A stretch of DNA of 64,000 bases from an uncultured Methylomirabilota bacterium. Its GTDB lineage: Bacteria > Methylomirabilota > Methylomirabilia > Methylomirabilales > 2-02-FULL-66-22. A model generated the notes under the pieces. It ran no database searches. It saw only the letters and a program-made list of their open reading frames with translations, and was not told where the DNA came from. The stretch's first letter is position 1; each line of letters opens with the position of its first letter. Shown one piece after another: positions 11,576 through 19,959 of the stretch. The stretch covers positions 2,240,001 to 2,304,000 of the forward strand of contig OY970067.1 in assembly GCA_963705305.1 (NCBI GenBank), read 5' to 3'. The translations under genes and the position numbers were made by a program.

Positions 11576-12193
11576 ATGACCGACATCATCCTCGCGTCTG
11601 CCTCACCCAGGCGTGCGGCCCTGCTCCAGCAGATGGGTCTCTCGTTCCGCGTTCTGCCCAGCAGCTTGGACGAGAACGGCAGCGGGGCCGCCCTCGCAGG
11701 GGAAGATCCCGCGGGGCGGGCCGTCGCCCTGGCCCGGGCGAAGGCGACCGAGGTGGCGGCCCGGGCCGGGCGAGGGATCATCATCGGCGCGGATACGATC
11801 GTGGAGTGCGAGGGGGAGGTGCTGGGCAAGCCCCAGGGAACGGCCCAGGCCGTGGCGTTCTTGGAGCGACTGGCCGGTCGGACCCACCGCGTCATCACCG
11901 CGGTGGCGGTGGTGGAGGCGGCCACCGGCCGAACGGAGGTGGCGGCATCGACAACTCTCGTCCGCATGCGGACCTTCGGCACAGGGGAGGCCGCCGCGTA
12001 CGTGGCGACGGGTGAGCCGATGGACAAGGCCGGAGCCTACGGCATCCAGGGGCGAGGCGCGCTCTTGGTGGAGGGGATCCAGGGGGACTATTTCACGGTG
12101 GTTGGGCTCCCGGTGGCGCTGCTGGCCACGCTGCTCCGCCGATTCGGGGTCGAGGTGTGGACCGGCGGGGACCTTGCGGCGGATGCGGGTTGA
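11576..12193 (+). CDS. maf: Maf nucleotide pyrophosphatase
   Basis: ILASASPRR, GADTIV, LGKP, GEPMDKAGAYGIQG, VVGLP. Confidence 0.93.
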   Translation: MTDIILASASPRRAALLQQMGLSFRVLPSSLDENGSGAALAGEDPAGRAVALARAKATEVAARAGRGIIIGADTIVECEGEVLGKPQGTAQAVAFLERLAGRTHRVITAVAVVEAATGRTEVAASTTLVRMRTFGTGEAAAYVATGEPMDKAGAYGIQGRGALLVEGIQGDYFTVVGLPVALLATLLRRFGVEVWTGGDLAADAG

Positions 12194-12339
12194 CGGGCGC
12201 TGGCAGTCACCTCCGCGCCGGGTTTTTGCTTGACACCTCCAAACATTTATGAGACCGTACGGCCGCTTCGTGTCCGTGCGGGCAGAGGCCTACAGGCCTC
12301 CTGAAGTGGGTGACATCCCAATGCGTCTCAGGGGGAAAC

Positions 12340-13218
12340 ATGTCGACCTCCTCGTTCCTGTCTCGGTGGACCGGCCGTCCAGAGCGGGGGGAGGATCCTC
12401 CCACGGATATGGAACGGCCGCTTCCTGAACTGCTCCCTTCAGCAAAACGGCGGAACCAAGTGTCTGTCTGGTCCTCTTCGCCATCCCTCGAGCGCATCGC
12501 ACAGGAATTCGACGAGCAAATCCGCATCATCGAAGAAGCCAAGCGACTGCTGGAAGAGCGGTTGGGTCCATTCCAGCGGCACCTCCTGGAGCAGCGCCGG
12601 AACGTGGATCAGGCCCTCAAGCTGCTGGAGGCACGGATCAAGCCGCTTCGCCAGTATCTGGAAGGGCAGTCCCACAATCTCGAGCGCGTCGGGATGCACT
12701 TGAACACGGAGCTGAAGGATCAGTTTGACGCGTTCGACAAGTTCCTGGCAGAGCAGCGGCAGATTCTCGAGCGCGCCAACCGCTTTCTCGACGAGCAGCC
12801 GCGCCCCCTGGCACAATTCCTGGAGGACGAGCAGCGGGGCATCGAGCACGTCTTCCGCGACCTGGAAGAGCGGCTGGAGCCGTTCGGTCGGTACCTGAAA
12901 GAGCAGCAGAAGCTGGTGGAGGCGCTGGCCGAGCCCCGAATCACCGAGGAGTTTGACCTGCTGGCGAAATACTGCGCCGAGCGCCAGGGAGCCATCGAGC
13001 GCTATGCGACCGCGACAGAGTACCGGCCCCAGACACTCTTTGGCGAGCTGGATGCCATTTATCAGAAATACAAGACGCAGGACGGCGGGCGGAGCAAGGT
13101 GCTCTCCCGCGTTCTGGAACAAACTCGGCAGGCCGATCTGCGCCTCCAGGACTCCCTCAAGCCGTTGCCCAGGGGCAGCGAAGAGCCCCGGGCGCTTCGG
13201 ATCGAGCCGACACCGTAA
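12340..13218 (+). CDS. Hypothetical all-helical protein with ~25-aa amphipathic repeats
   Basis: Long ORF with genome-typical codons and a GGGGGA RBS; repeated xxLxP[FL]xx[YFH]LxxQ units. Confidence 0.8.
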   Translation: MSTSSFLSRWTGRPERGEDPPTDMERPLPELLPSAKRRNQVSVWSSSPSLERIAQEFDEQIRIIEEAKRLLEERLGPFQRHLLEQRRNVDQALKLLEARIKPLRQYLEGQSHNLERVGMHLNTELKDQFDAFDKFLAEQRQILERANRFLDEQPRPLAQFLEDEQRGIEHVFRDLEERLEPFGRYLKEQQKLVEALAEPRITEEFDLLAKYCAERQGAIERYATATEYRPQTLFGELDAIYQKYKTQDGGRSKVLSRVLEQTRQADLRLQDSLKPLPRGSEEPRALRIEPTP

Positions 13219-13366
13219 CCGCCTCCAGCTTCCTACCCGAATGGCGACTCGGTCGGCGGGTCGGGTCCAGCCGTGCTGTGTCCTCAGACTCCGTAATACC
13301 CCAGAGTATCGGTGGAAGGTTCCGCCGCGTGATGCATCCCCATATCGGCAGGGGGGGGAGGAGGGG

Positions 13367-13741
13367 CTACCGGCGTCGAGCGGCGGTGCGCTTGCGGACG
13401 TACTCGGCGATGCGCTGATCCAGCTCCGGGGTGGAGTGGAGGGTGGCGGGGCCGGAGGCGTTCACCCGCGGGGCGGGCGGCTGCCGTTCCGGCAGGTCGA
13501 ACGCTCCCGCAGAGGCGCGGGCGACGGCGCGCTGATGCTGCGTCTCGAGCAACTCCTTGAGGCGGGCCGCCGAAGCCGATCCGCCCGGAATATCCCGGTA
13601 ATCGAGCTTCTCCCGGGCCACGATGGCGCCGGCGCGGTAGACCAGAGTCAGGATGCACGGATCCTTGTCGCCCAGATCCTCGGTCTGGACGTGGTACTCG
13701 ACACCTGCGTGGGAGACGGTGCTGTTGAGACCGGGAACCAT
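13367..13741 (-). CDS. Conserved hypothetical protein (HVQTED motif)
   Basis: MVPGLNSTVSHAGVEYHVQTEDLG...TLVYRAGAIV resembles an uncharacterised domain I recall from deltaproteobacteria. Confidence 0.7.
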   Translation of the reverse strand: MVPGLNSTVSHAGVEYHVQTEDLGDKDPCILTLVYRAGAIVAREKLDYRDIPGGSASAARLKELLETQHQRAVARASAGAFDLPERQPPAPRVNASGPATLHSTPELDQRIAEYVRKRTAARRR

Positions 13742-13914
13742 GTGATTGAGCCAGGGCGCCGGGTTGGAGGCGCCGATATCGCCCGCACCTTAGCAGACGC
13801 CCTAGTGCCCCACAAGCAGATTCATGTTTCTGCTGGCGGGCCGCGTCGTGAGGGGGGTATACTAAAAACCTTCCAATCGAGGGAATGCCGCTTGCATCCC
13901 ACGTGGATAGGGCC

Positions 13915-14631
13915 ATGGAACATCTTGTCATCCAATCGTTGATGCACGCCGCGCGGCCCCTGGTCTCCGTGACCCTAACCGTGCTGGCGCTCTTCTCCGT
14001 CTACTCGCTGGCCGTCATCGGCGAGCGGGCCCGGACCCTTCGCAAGAGCTGGCGATCGTCTTCCGGGCTGCTGGCCCGGGTGCTGGAATTGACGGAGGTG
14101 GGGGAGCTCCAGCAGGCCCTCACGGTCTGCGAGCAGGGCAAGGGCGGGCACGTGGGGCCGGTGCTGGCAGCCGGCCTGCGCGAGCTTGCGCCGGCGGCCT
14201 CCCAGAACCCGGGATTCCGGAGCGGGGCGGCCCTGGACCGGGCCGTTGTCGCTGCCCGGGAGGCCATGCAACGGGTGACGGCCGCGGAGATCGAGCGGCT
14301 GGAACACCGACTGACCTCGCTGGCCACGCTGGGGAATATCAGTCCCTTCGTCGGGCTGTTCGGCACCGTGATCGGGGTGATGAGTGCCTTCGACGCCATC
14401 TCGCGGACGGGCAGCGGCGGTCTGGGGACCGTCTCTGCGGGAATTGCCGATGCCCTGGTGGCGACGGCCGCCGGCCTGTTCGTGGCCATCCCGGCCGTCA
14501 CGGCGTACAATCATTTCGTCTCGAGGGTGAAAGGCTTCGCCACCGAGATGGATGGGGCCGCCTCCGAGCTTCTGGCGAGGATTCAGCACGCCGCCGCGAC
14601 GGGGCCTTCCGGGGGGTCGCATCCGGCGTGA
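13915..14631 (+). CDS. MotA/TolQ/ExbB proton channel family protein
   Basis: LATLGNISPFVGLFGTVIG, GIADALVATAAGLFVAIPA. Confidence 0.92.
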   Translation: MEHLVIQSLMHAARPLVSVTLTVLALFSVYSLAVIGERARTLRKSWRSSSGLLARVLELTEVGELQQALTVCEQGKGGHVGPVLAAGLRELAPAASQNPGFRSGAALDRAVVAAREAMQRVTAAEIERLEHRLTSLATLGNISPFVGLFGTVIGVMSAFDAISRTGSGGLGTVSAGIADALVATAAGLFVAIPAVTAYNHFVSRVKGFATEMDGAASELLARIQHAAATGPSGGSHPA

Positions 14632-14801
14632 CAGGCTCCTGAAAAAGGCCCATCTGCGGACACCCAGCTTTCGGCTGGGTACCCGCCCGCTCGGCCACTC
14701 GCTGCGGCGTACCGGAAGTACGCCTCGCTCGGTCCTCTGCGGGCCGCCTTGCATCTGGACCTTTTTGAGCAGCCTGAGGGAAAGCGGGTTTTTTAGCATC
14801 C
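14632..14801. repeat. Structured ~170-bp intergenic repeat (MITE/REP-like), copy 1
   Basis: CAGGCTCCTGAAAAAGG...CCTTTTTGAGCAGCCTG inverted ends with internal hairpins; near-identical to 57580..57750. Confidence 0.88.
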
Positions 14802-14905
14802 GGCGTGAGGGGCCGGGTAACTGCGCGGGCCGGGCGCTCCACGCCGGGCAGCCGCTCCGACGGCGCCGCATCGCGGGATCTTTCGCAGCAGGAAGGGAAA
14901 TCGGA

Positions 14906-15328
14906 ATGGCCATGATGTTGCCCTCGCGCGCCAGGGATCGCCGCGTCCTGTCAGAGATCAACGTGACCCCCCTGGTGGACGTGATGCTGGTTCTCCTGGT
15001 GATCTTCATGGTGACGACTCCGATGCTGCAGCGGGGGACCGACATCCAGCTCCCCCAGTCTCAGCAGTCGGACGTCAAGGAGCAGGAGCGGATCACCGTC
15101 ACCCTCACCCGGGAGGGGCGCATCCTGGTGGACGGCCAGGAGGTTCCCCGCACGGCGCTCCGGGATCGGCTCGTGGCCCTCACCCAGAATCACGACCGCA
15201 TCGTCTACTTCCGCGGTGACGCCCAGGTTCCGTATGGTTTGGTCATCGAGGTCATGGACCTTCTGAAGGCAGCCGGCATCGAGACGGTGGGGATGATCAC
15301 CCGGCGGCCTCCGGGCCAGGGGGACTGA
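14906..15328 (+). CDS. ExbD/TolR family protein
   Basis: EINVTPLVDVMLVLLVIFMVT, RGDAQVPYG. Confidence 0.92.
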   Translation: MAMMLPSRARDRRVLSEINVTPLVDVMLVLLVIFMVTTPMLQRGTDIQLPQSQQSDVKEQERITVTLTREGRILVDGQEVPRTALRDRLVALTQNHDRIVYFRGDAQVPYGLVIEVMDLLKAAGIETVGMITRRPPGQGD

Positions 15329-15400
15329 GCGGCCGGTCGAGGGAGGACAGCGGTTCGGTCGCCCCACGACGACATCTCCCGCCGTGCGACGCGAGACTGC

Positions 15401-16039
15401 ATGGATATCTTTGCCGGGATCCTGACCCTGCTGTCCGACTTCGTCATCCGGACGATCGGCACCCTGGGATATGGGGGGATCATGGTGGCCATGGCCGTCG
15501 AGAGCGCCTGTATCCCCCTGCCCAGCGAGGTCATTATGCCGTTCTCCGGCTACCTGGTGAGCCAGGGGCGGTTCACGCTGTGGGGGGTGTCGCTGGCCGG
15601 AGCGTTGGGCTGCACCGTGGGATCGGCGGTGGCCTATGCGGCCGGGGCCTATGGCGGGCGCCGGTTCATCCTGCGCTACGGTCGCTACGCGCTCATCACG
15701 CCGCGGGAGGTGGAGCGGGCCGATCGGTGGTTCGCCCGATACGGGATGGCCGCCACCTTCCTCAGCCGCCTGCTGCCGGTGGTTCGGACCTTCATCTCGC
15801 TGCCCGCCGGCATCGCGCGGGTTCCCTTCTTCCGGTTCCTGATGTACGCCTTTCTTGGCTCCCTCCCGTGGAGCTGGGTGCTGGCCTACGTGGGGATGCT
15901 GCTGGGCGAGCACTGGGACCGGGTCGGGGGCGTGTTGCGCTCTCTGGATGTGGTCATCGTGGTCGGCTTGGGGGCGGCTGCGGCATGGTTCGTCTGGCAG
16001 CATTGGCCGCGGCGGGCTCCCCAGCCTGAAGAAGAGTAG
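15401..16039 (+). CDS. DedA family membrane protein
   Basis: ESACIPLPSEVIMPFSG, WFARYG, RLLPVVRTFISLPAG. Confidence 0.92.
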   Translation: MDIFAGILTLLSDFVIRTIGTLGYGGIMVAMAVESACIPLPSEVIMPFSGYLVSQGRFTLWGVSLAGALGCTVGSAVAYAAGAYGGRRFILRYGRYALITPREVERADRWFARYGMAATFLSRLLPVVRTFISLPAGIARVPFFRFLMYAFLGSLPWSWVLAYVGMLLGEHWDRVGGVLRSLDVVIVVGLGAAAAWFVWQHWPRRAPQPEEE

Positions 16040-16048
16040 AGGGCGAGC

Positions 16049-16669
16049 ATGGTCGGACTCCGTCTTTTTCCCCGGGGCGAGAAATTCCTCGGCATGTTCG
16101 TCGAGGCCGCGCGGAACGTGCATCAGGGGGCGCGATCCCTTCAGCAGATGCTGGAAGATTTCCGGGGCAGCGACGAGCAGTGGCGGGCGGTCGAGGAGTA
16201 CGAACACGAGGGGGACAAGATCACCCATCGCATCCTCCAGATGCTGCACCAGACATCATTGAAGGCGGGAGACCGGGAGGACATCCACAGGCTCACCTCG
16301 GCCCTGGACGACGTCATCGATCTCATCGAGGGCTCGGCGGCCCGCATGGCGATGTACAAGGTCGCCAAGCCGACGCCGGAGGCGCTGCGGCTGACGGGGG
16401 TCATCGTCCGCTCCACCGCGCAGATTGTGGAGGGGGTGACTGCCCTGCCGAATCTTGCGCGCGTCCAGCCGCACTGCATCGAGATCAACCGGCTGGAAAA
16501 CGAGGCAGACGAGATCGCCCGGAGCTCCATCGCGGCCCTCTTCACCGGAGACTGGGCACCGCTCGAGGTCTTCAAGTGGAAGGAGATCTACGAGACCATG
16601 GAGACCACAACAGACCGGTGCGAGGATGTGGCGAACCTGCTGGAAGAGATCTGCCTGAAGCGCTCCTGA
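16049..16669 (+). CDS. DUF47 / PhoU-like phosphate transport regulator
   Basis: EHEGDKITH, DREDIHRLTSALDDVID, INRLENEAD, KWKEIYE, DRCEDVAN. Confidence 0.9.
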   Translation: MVGLRLFPRGEKFLGMFVEAARNVHQGARSLQQMLEDFRGSDEQWRAVEEYEHEGDKITHRILQMLHQTSLKAGDREDIHRLTSALDDVIDLIEGSAARMAMYKVAKPTPEALRLTGVIVRSTAQIVEGVTALPNLARVQPHCIEINRLENEADEIARSSIAALFTGDWAPLEVFKWKEIYETMETTTDRCEDVANLLEEICLKRS

Positions 16670-16703
16670 GCGGGGAAGGGGATTCGGACGGCGGGCGCCT
16701 GTC

Positions 16704-16732
16704 TTGACATTGGTCAGTCGCGATTGTACCCT
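16704..16732 (+). promoter_or_regulatory. Putative sigma70 promoter of tatA/B
   Basis: TTGACA-N17-TACCCT. Confidence 0.55.
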
Positions 16733-16773
16733 ACGTAGTGGCGGAAATTGCGCCATTCGCAGGAGCGGAAGCT

Positions 16774-17271
16774 ATGTTCGGCATCGGTATGCCGGAGCTG
16801 ATGATCGTCTTCGTGATCGCCCTCCTGGTCTTCGGACCCAAGGAGTTGCCCAGGATCGGGCGGACGATCGGCAAGGCCATGGCGGAGCTGCGGCGGGCCT
16901 CGGACGACTTGCGCGATGGCCTCCAGCGCGAGTTCGACAATCTGGATCGGGAAGCGCGATCGGAGGAGCCCGACCATGCCGCCGCCCCACTCACGCTGGC
17001 TCCCGACGCGACCGTTCCCGCCGGGGATTCCCCCTCGGCATCGCCCGATGCCGGCACGGGGTCCGTTGCGCTCGGTCCCGAAGAGCAGCTCGACCTTCCC
17101 GGCCTGAGGGGACCGGCCGAAGTCACGGCGACTCCCAATCCAGCCGAGGTCTCCGCAGTCGCCGACTCGGCCGCATCCGAGACCCCGGCCGCCGCGAGCG
17201 TGGAAGAACCGCCGCAGCCGGCCGTGATTGCCGCCCCGCCTTCCTCATCTCCCGACACCCGGAATACCTGA
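16774..17271 (+). CDS. Twin-arginine translocase TatA/TatB family subunit
   Basis: MFGIGMPELMIVFVIALLVFGPKELP, then an amphipathic helix and a long Pro/Ala-rich tail (TatB-like). Confidence 0.9.
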   Translation: MFGIGMPELMIVFVIALLVFGPKELPRIGRTIGKAMAELRRASDDLRDGLQREFDNLDREARSEEPDHAAAPLTLAPDATVPAGDSPSASPDAGTGSVALGPEEQLDLPGLRGPAEVTATPNPAEVSAVADSAASETPAAASVEEPPQPAVIAAPPSSSPDTRNT

Positions 17272-17424
17272 GCGGGCGGGCACCGTGCCCGCCGGCACCA
17301 TTTCGCGCCGGCCCGGTCCAGTCGTCGCGGCCCCGTCGGCTCTCGCCGCCGGATCAGGAGACAGACGGCCCTCCCTGGCAAAAAGCTTCCGGGATGTCCG
17401 TTCTCTTCCGGGGCGGTGCCGCAG

Positions 17425-17722
17425 CCGCTTGCGGACGGGGTCGAACGGCACGAACGTGACCTGCGTGAACTGCCGGAGGGCCGTCCGATCCCGGAGCCCC
17501 GTGATGACGGCCTGGTCATCGGAGGCTTGAAATTCCTGCCAGAGTTCCACGATCGCATTGAACACGAGAAAGACCATGATGATGATGAAGTCCGCCCAAT
17601 ATCTCACGACCACGGACAGGGCCGCTGCGACCTCGATCATCCAGGGGATGGGGCCCCAGAAGTTCCCCAGAAACTTGAGCAGCGGGCTGACCTTCTTTTT
17701 CTGGATGGCGTTCGGCCCGTAG
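17425..17722 (-). pseudogene. Remnant of a proton-efflux P-type ATPase
   Basis: YGPNAIQKKKVSPLLKFLGNFWGPIPWMIEVAAALS...FNAIVELWQE joined directly to the N-domain-like FVPFDPVRKR; no DKTGT. Confidence 0.8.
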
Positions 17723-17779
17723 GTTGTCGGTCTTCTTCCGGATCATCCGGCGGTGGCGGGGAGAGGGCGAAGGGGATCG

Positions 17780-18361
17780 CTACTGCCTTCCAACCAGCTG
17801 ATTCAGGAAGAAGCCGTGCAGGCGCGTGTCTTGGGTGAGCTCCGGGTGGAACGCGGTGGCCAGGAGCCGGTCCTGGCGGGCGGCGACGATGGTCCCGTCG
17901 CCTAGGCGGGAGAGCACGGCCACGCCGGATCCCACGTCTTCGATGATGGGAGCGCGGATGAAGACGGCGTGGAAGGGGCCGCCGTCGAGCCCCGCGATGT
18001 CCAGGTCGGTCTCGAAGCTGTCCACCTGCCGCCCGAAGGCGTTCCGCCGCACCGCGATATCCATCGCCTCCAGGGCGGGCACGCCGGAAGCGTCCAGGCG
18101 CCTGGCCAGGAGGATCATGCCGGCGCAGGTGCCCCAGACGGGGAGGCCGTCGGCCGCCAGCTTCCGCAGCGGCTCCAGCAGGCGAGAGGTGCGCATCAGG
18201 CGGACGATGGTGGTGCTCTCGCCGCCGGGGATGATGAGGCCGTCGAGGCCCTCGAGCTCTTGGGGGACGCGGACCTCGCGGGCCGGGACCGCCATCCGCT
18301 CCAGGACCTCACGGTGCTCTCGAAAATCCCCTTGCAGGGCCAGGACGCCGATGGTTGGCAT
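17780..18361 (-). CDS. pdxT: PLP synthase glutaminase subunit
   Basis: GVLALQGDF, PGGESTT, GTCAGMI, RNAFGRQVDSF, FHPEL. Confidence 0.96.
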   Translation of the reverse strand: MPTIGVLALQGDFREHREVLERMAVPAREVRVPQELEGLDGLIIPGGESTTIVRLMRTSRLLEPLRKLAADGLPVWGTCAGMILLARRLDASGVPALEAMDIAVRRNAFGRQVDSFETDLDIAGLDGGPFHAVFIRAPIIEDVGSGVAVLSRLGDGTIVAARQDRLLATAFHPELTQDTRLHGFFLNQLVGRQ

Positions 18362-18379
18362 GGCTCGCACGTGAAAATA

Positions 18380-18457
18380 AAAACCCGACAATGAAAAACC
18401 GGTCAATGGAGGAGACGATCCTGCATTGTCCGGTTTTCCGTTGTCAGTTTTCCATTG
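18380..18457. repeat. Degenerate heptamer-repeat hairpin
   Basis: CCGACAATGAAAAACCGGTCAATG...CATTGTCCGGTTTTCCGTTGTCAG. Confidence 0.65.
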
Positions 18458-18474
18458 AGAGTTGGTCGTACCGG

Positions 18475-19356
18475 CTACCAGCCGCGGACCGCCAGCAGCT
18501 CCTCCGGCTTCATGGATCGCACATCGCGCCCGGGCATGGCCTCGCCCAGGTCGCGCGAGACCTCGGCGATCAGCTTGGCATCCTTGAAGTGGGTGGTGGC
18601 CTGGACGATCGCCTTGGCGCGGGCCGCCGGGTTGGAGGACTTGAAGATCCCCGAGCCCACGAAGACGCCGTCCACGCCGAGCTGCATCATCAGGGCGGCG
18701 TCGGCGGGGGTCGCGATGCCGCCGGCGGCGAAGTTCACGACGGGGAGCCGGCCCACCTTCGCCACCTCGGCCACCAGCTCGAAGGGGGTCCCCAGCCGCT
18801 TGGCCTCCGCCATCAGCTCGTCCTGGCTCATCCCGTGCAGCTTCCGGATCTCGCCCAGCACCGACCGGGCGTGGCGCACGGCCTCCACCACGTTGCCGGT
18901 GCCCGCCTCGCCCTTGGTGCGAATCATGGCCGCACCCTCGCCGATCCGCCGGAGGGCCTCTCCCAGCTCCCGACAGCCGCAGACGAAGGGCACGGCGAAG
19001 TCGTGCTTCCAGATATGGTGCTCCTCGTCGGCGGGGGTGAGGACCTCGGATTCGTCAATATAGTCGATTCCCAGGGCCTCCAGGACCTGGGCCTCGACGA
19101 AGTGGCCGATCCGGCACTTGGCCATGACCGGGATCGTCACGGCCTGCTTGATGCGCTCGATCACCGTCGGATCGGCCATCCGGGCCACGCCGCCGGCCGC
19201 CCGGATGTCGGCGGGGACGCGCTCCAAGGCCATGACGGCACAGGCGCCCGCCTCCTCGGCGATCTTGGCGTGCTCCGGCGTTACCACATCCATGATGACC
19301 CCGCCCTTCAGCATCTGGGCCAGGCCCACCTTCACCGTCCAGGTTCCCTTCTCCAT
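18475..19356 (-). CDS. pdxS: PLP synthase lyase subunit
   Basis: [43 protein letters not shown]. Confidence 0.97.
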   Translation of the reverse strand: MEKGTWTVKVGLAQMLKGGVIMDVVTPEHAKIAEEAGACAVMALERVPADIRAAGGVARMADPTVIERIKQAVTIPVMAKCRIGHFVEAQVLEALGIDYIDESEVLTPADEEHHIWKHDFAVPFVCGCRELGEALRRIGEGAAMIRTKGEAGTGNVVEAVRHARSVLGEIRKLHGMSQDELMAEAKRLGTPFELVAEVAKVGRLPVVNFAAGGIATPADAALMMQLGVDGVFVGSGIFKSSNPAARAKAIVQATTHFKDAKLIAEVSRDLGEAMPGRDVRSMKPEELLAVRGW

Positions 19357-19399
19357 GAGCTGCCTCCCGAGTCTCCCGGTTTGTTCCATCAGGGGGTGT

Positions 19400-19428
19400 A
19401 TTATATGCCGGCTCGGACGGCAATGCAA
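19400..19428 (-). promoter_or_regulatory. Putative sigma70 promoter of pdxST
   Basis: Minus strand TTGCAT-N17-TATAAT. Confidence 0.7.
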
Positions 19429-19649
19429 TCTACACCTGCAGCCGGAGACAGCTCAGGATGCACTGCTGCCACGCGGAGCCGGTGGACTGACGACTGTCGG
19501 GCCGAAAGAGGGGGGTCTCGGCAGCTCACCAGGATACGGCAGCGGCGAAGGCGGTTCCAACAATCAGGAGGACGAGAGCCATGGCGATGGCGCGCGGACC
19601 GATACCCGGCCGGAGACGCCGAGCCGATCGAATCAATTCACCGGCACCG

Positions 19650-19874
19650 TTATTCCAATTCGGGCCCGATGAAGCGACAGGCGACCACCTGCAAGCATCG
19701 GGGGCACAGGTAGGCGACCCGGATGATCTGCGGGTAGCGGGACGACAGGGCGTCGGATACGGGTTCGGAGGGAATTCGACAGATTGGGCAGCGAGGCGGT
19801 CGTGAGACAAGCCTGTCCAGCATTACCATGCCGAACGCAAAGAGGGCGAGAAGTCCGCCCACGAGTATGGCCAT
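19650..19874 (-). CDS. Small membrane-anchored CxxC...CxxC (zinc-ribbon-like) protein
   Basis: GAAGGAG RBS; N-terminal TM helix, then CPIC and CPRC. Confidence 0.6.
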   Translation of the reverse strand: MAILVGGLLALFAFGMVMLDRLVSRPPRCPICRIPSEPVSDALSSRYPQIIRVAYLCPRCLQVVACRFIGPELE

Positions 19875-19959
19875 CGCCGTCTCCTTCAGCGGCCGTCGTG
19901 CGCTGTCGCCGGACTCGATCTTCGGGCGGCCCCCGCCGCTCCGGGGAGGTTGTCGGCCG

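Noticed and set aside
14552..14905. Long N-terminal extension of ExbD
   Set aside because: It is translation through the intergenic repeat; the same peptide appears at 57580.
19450..19640. Signal-peptide-like minus-strand reading (ALVLLIVGTAFAAAVSW*)
   Set aside because: No clear start or RBS and an early stop; it may be a remnant but I cannot support a call.
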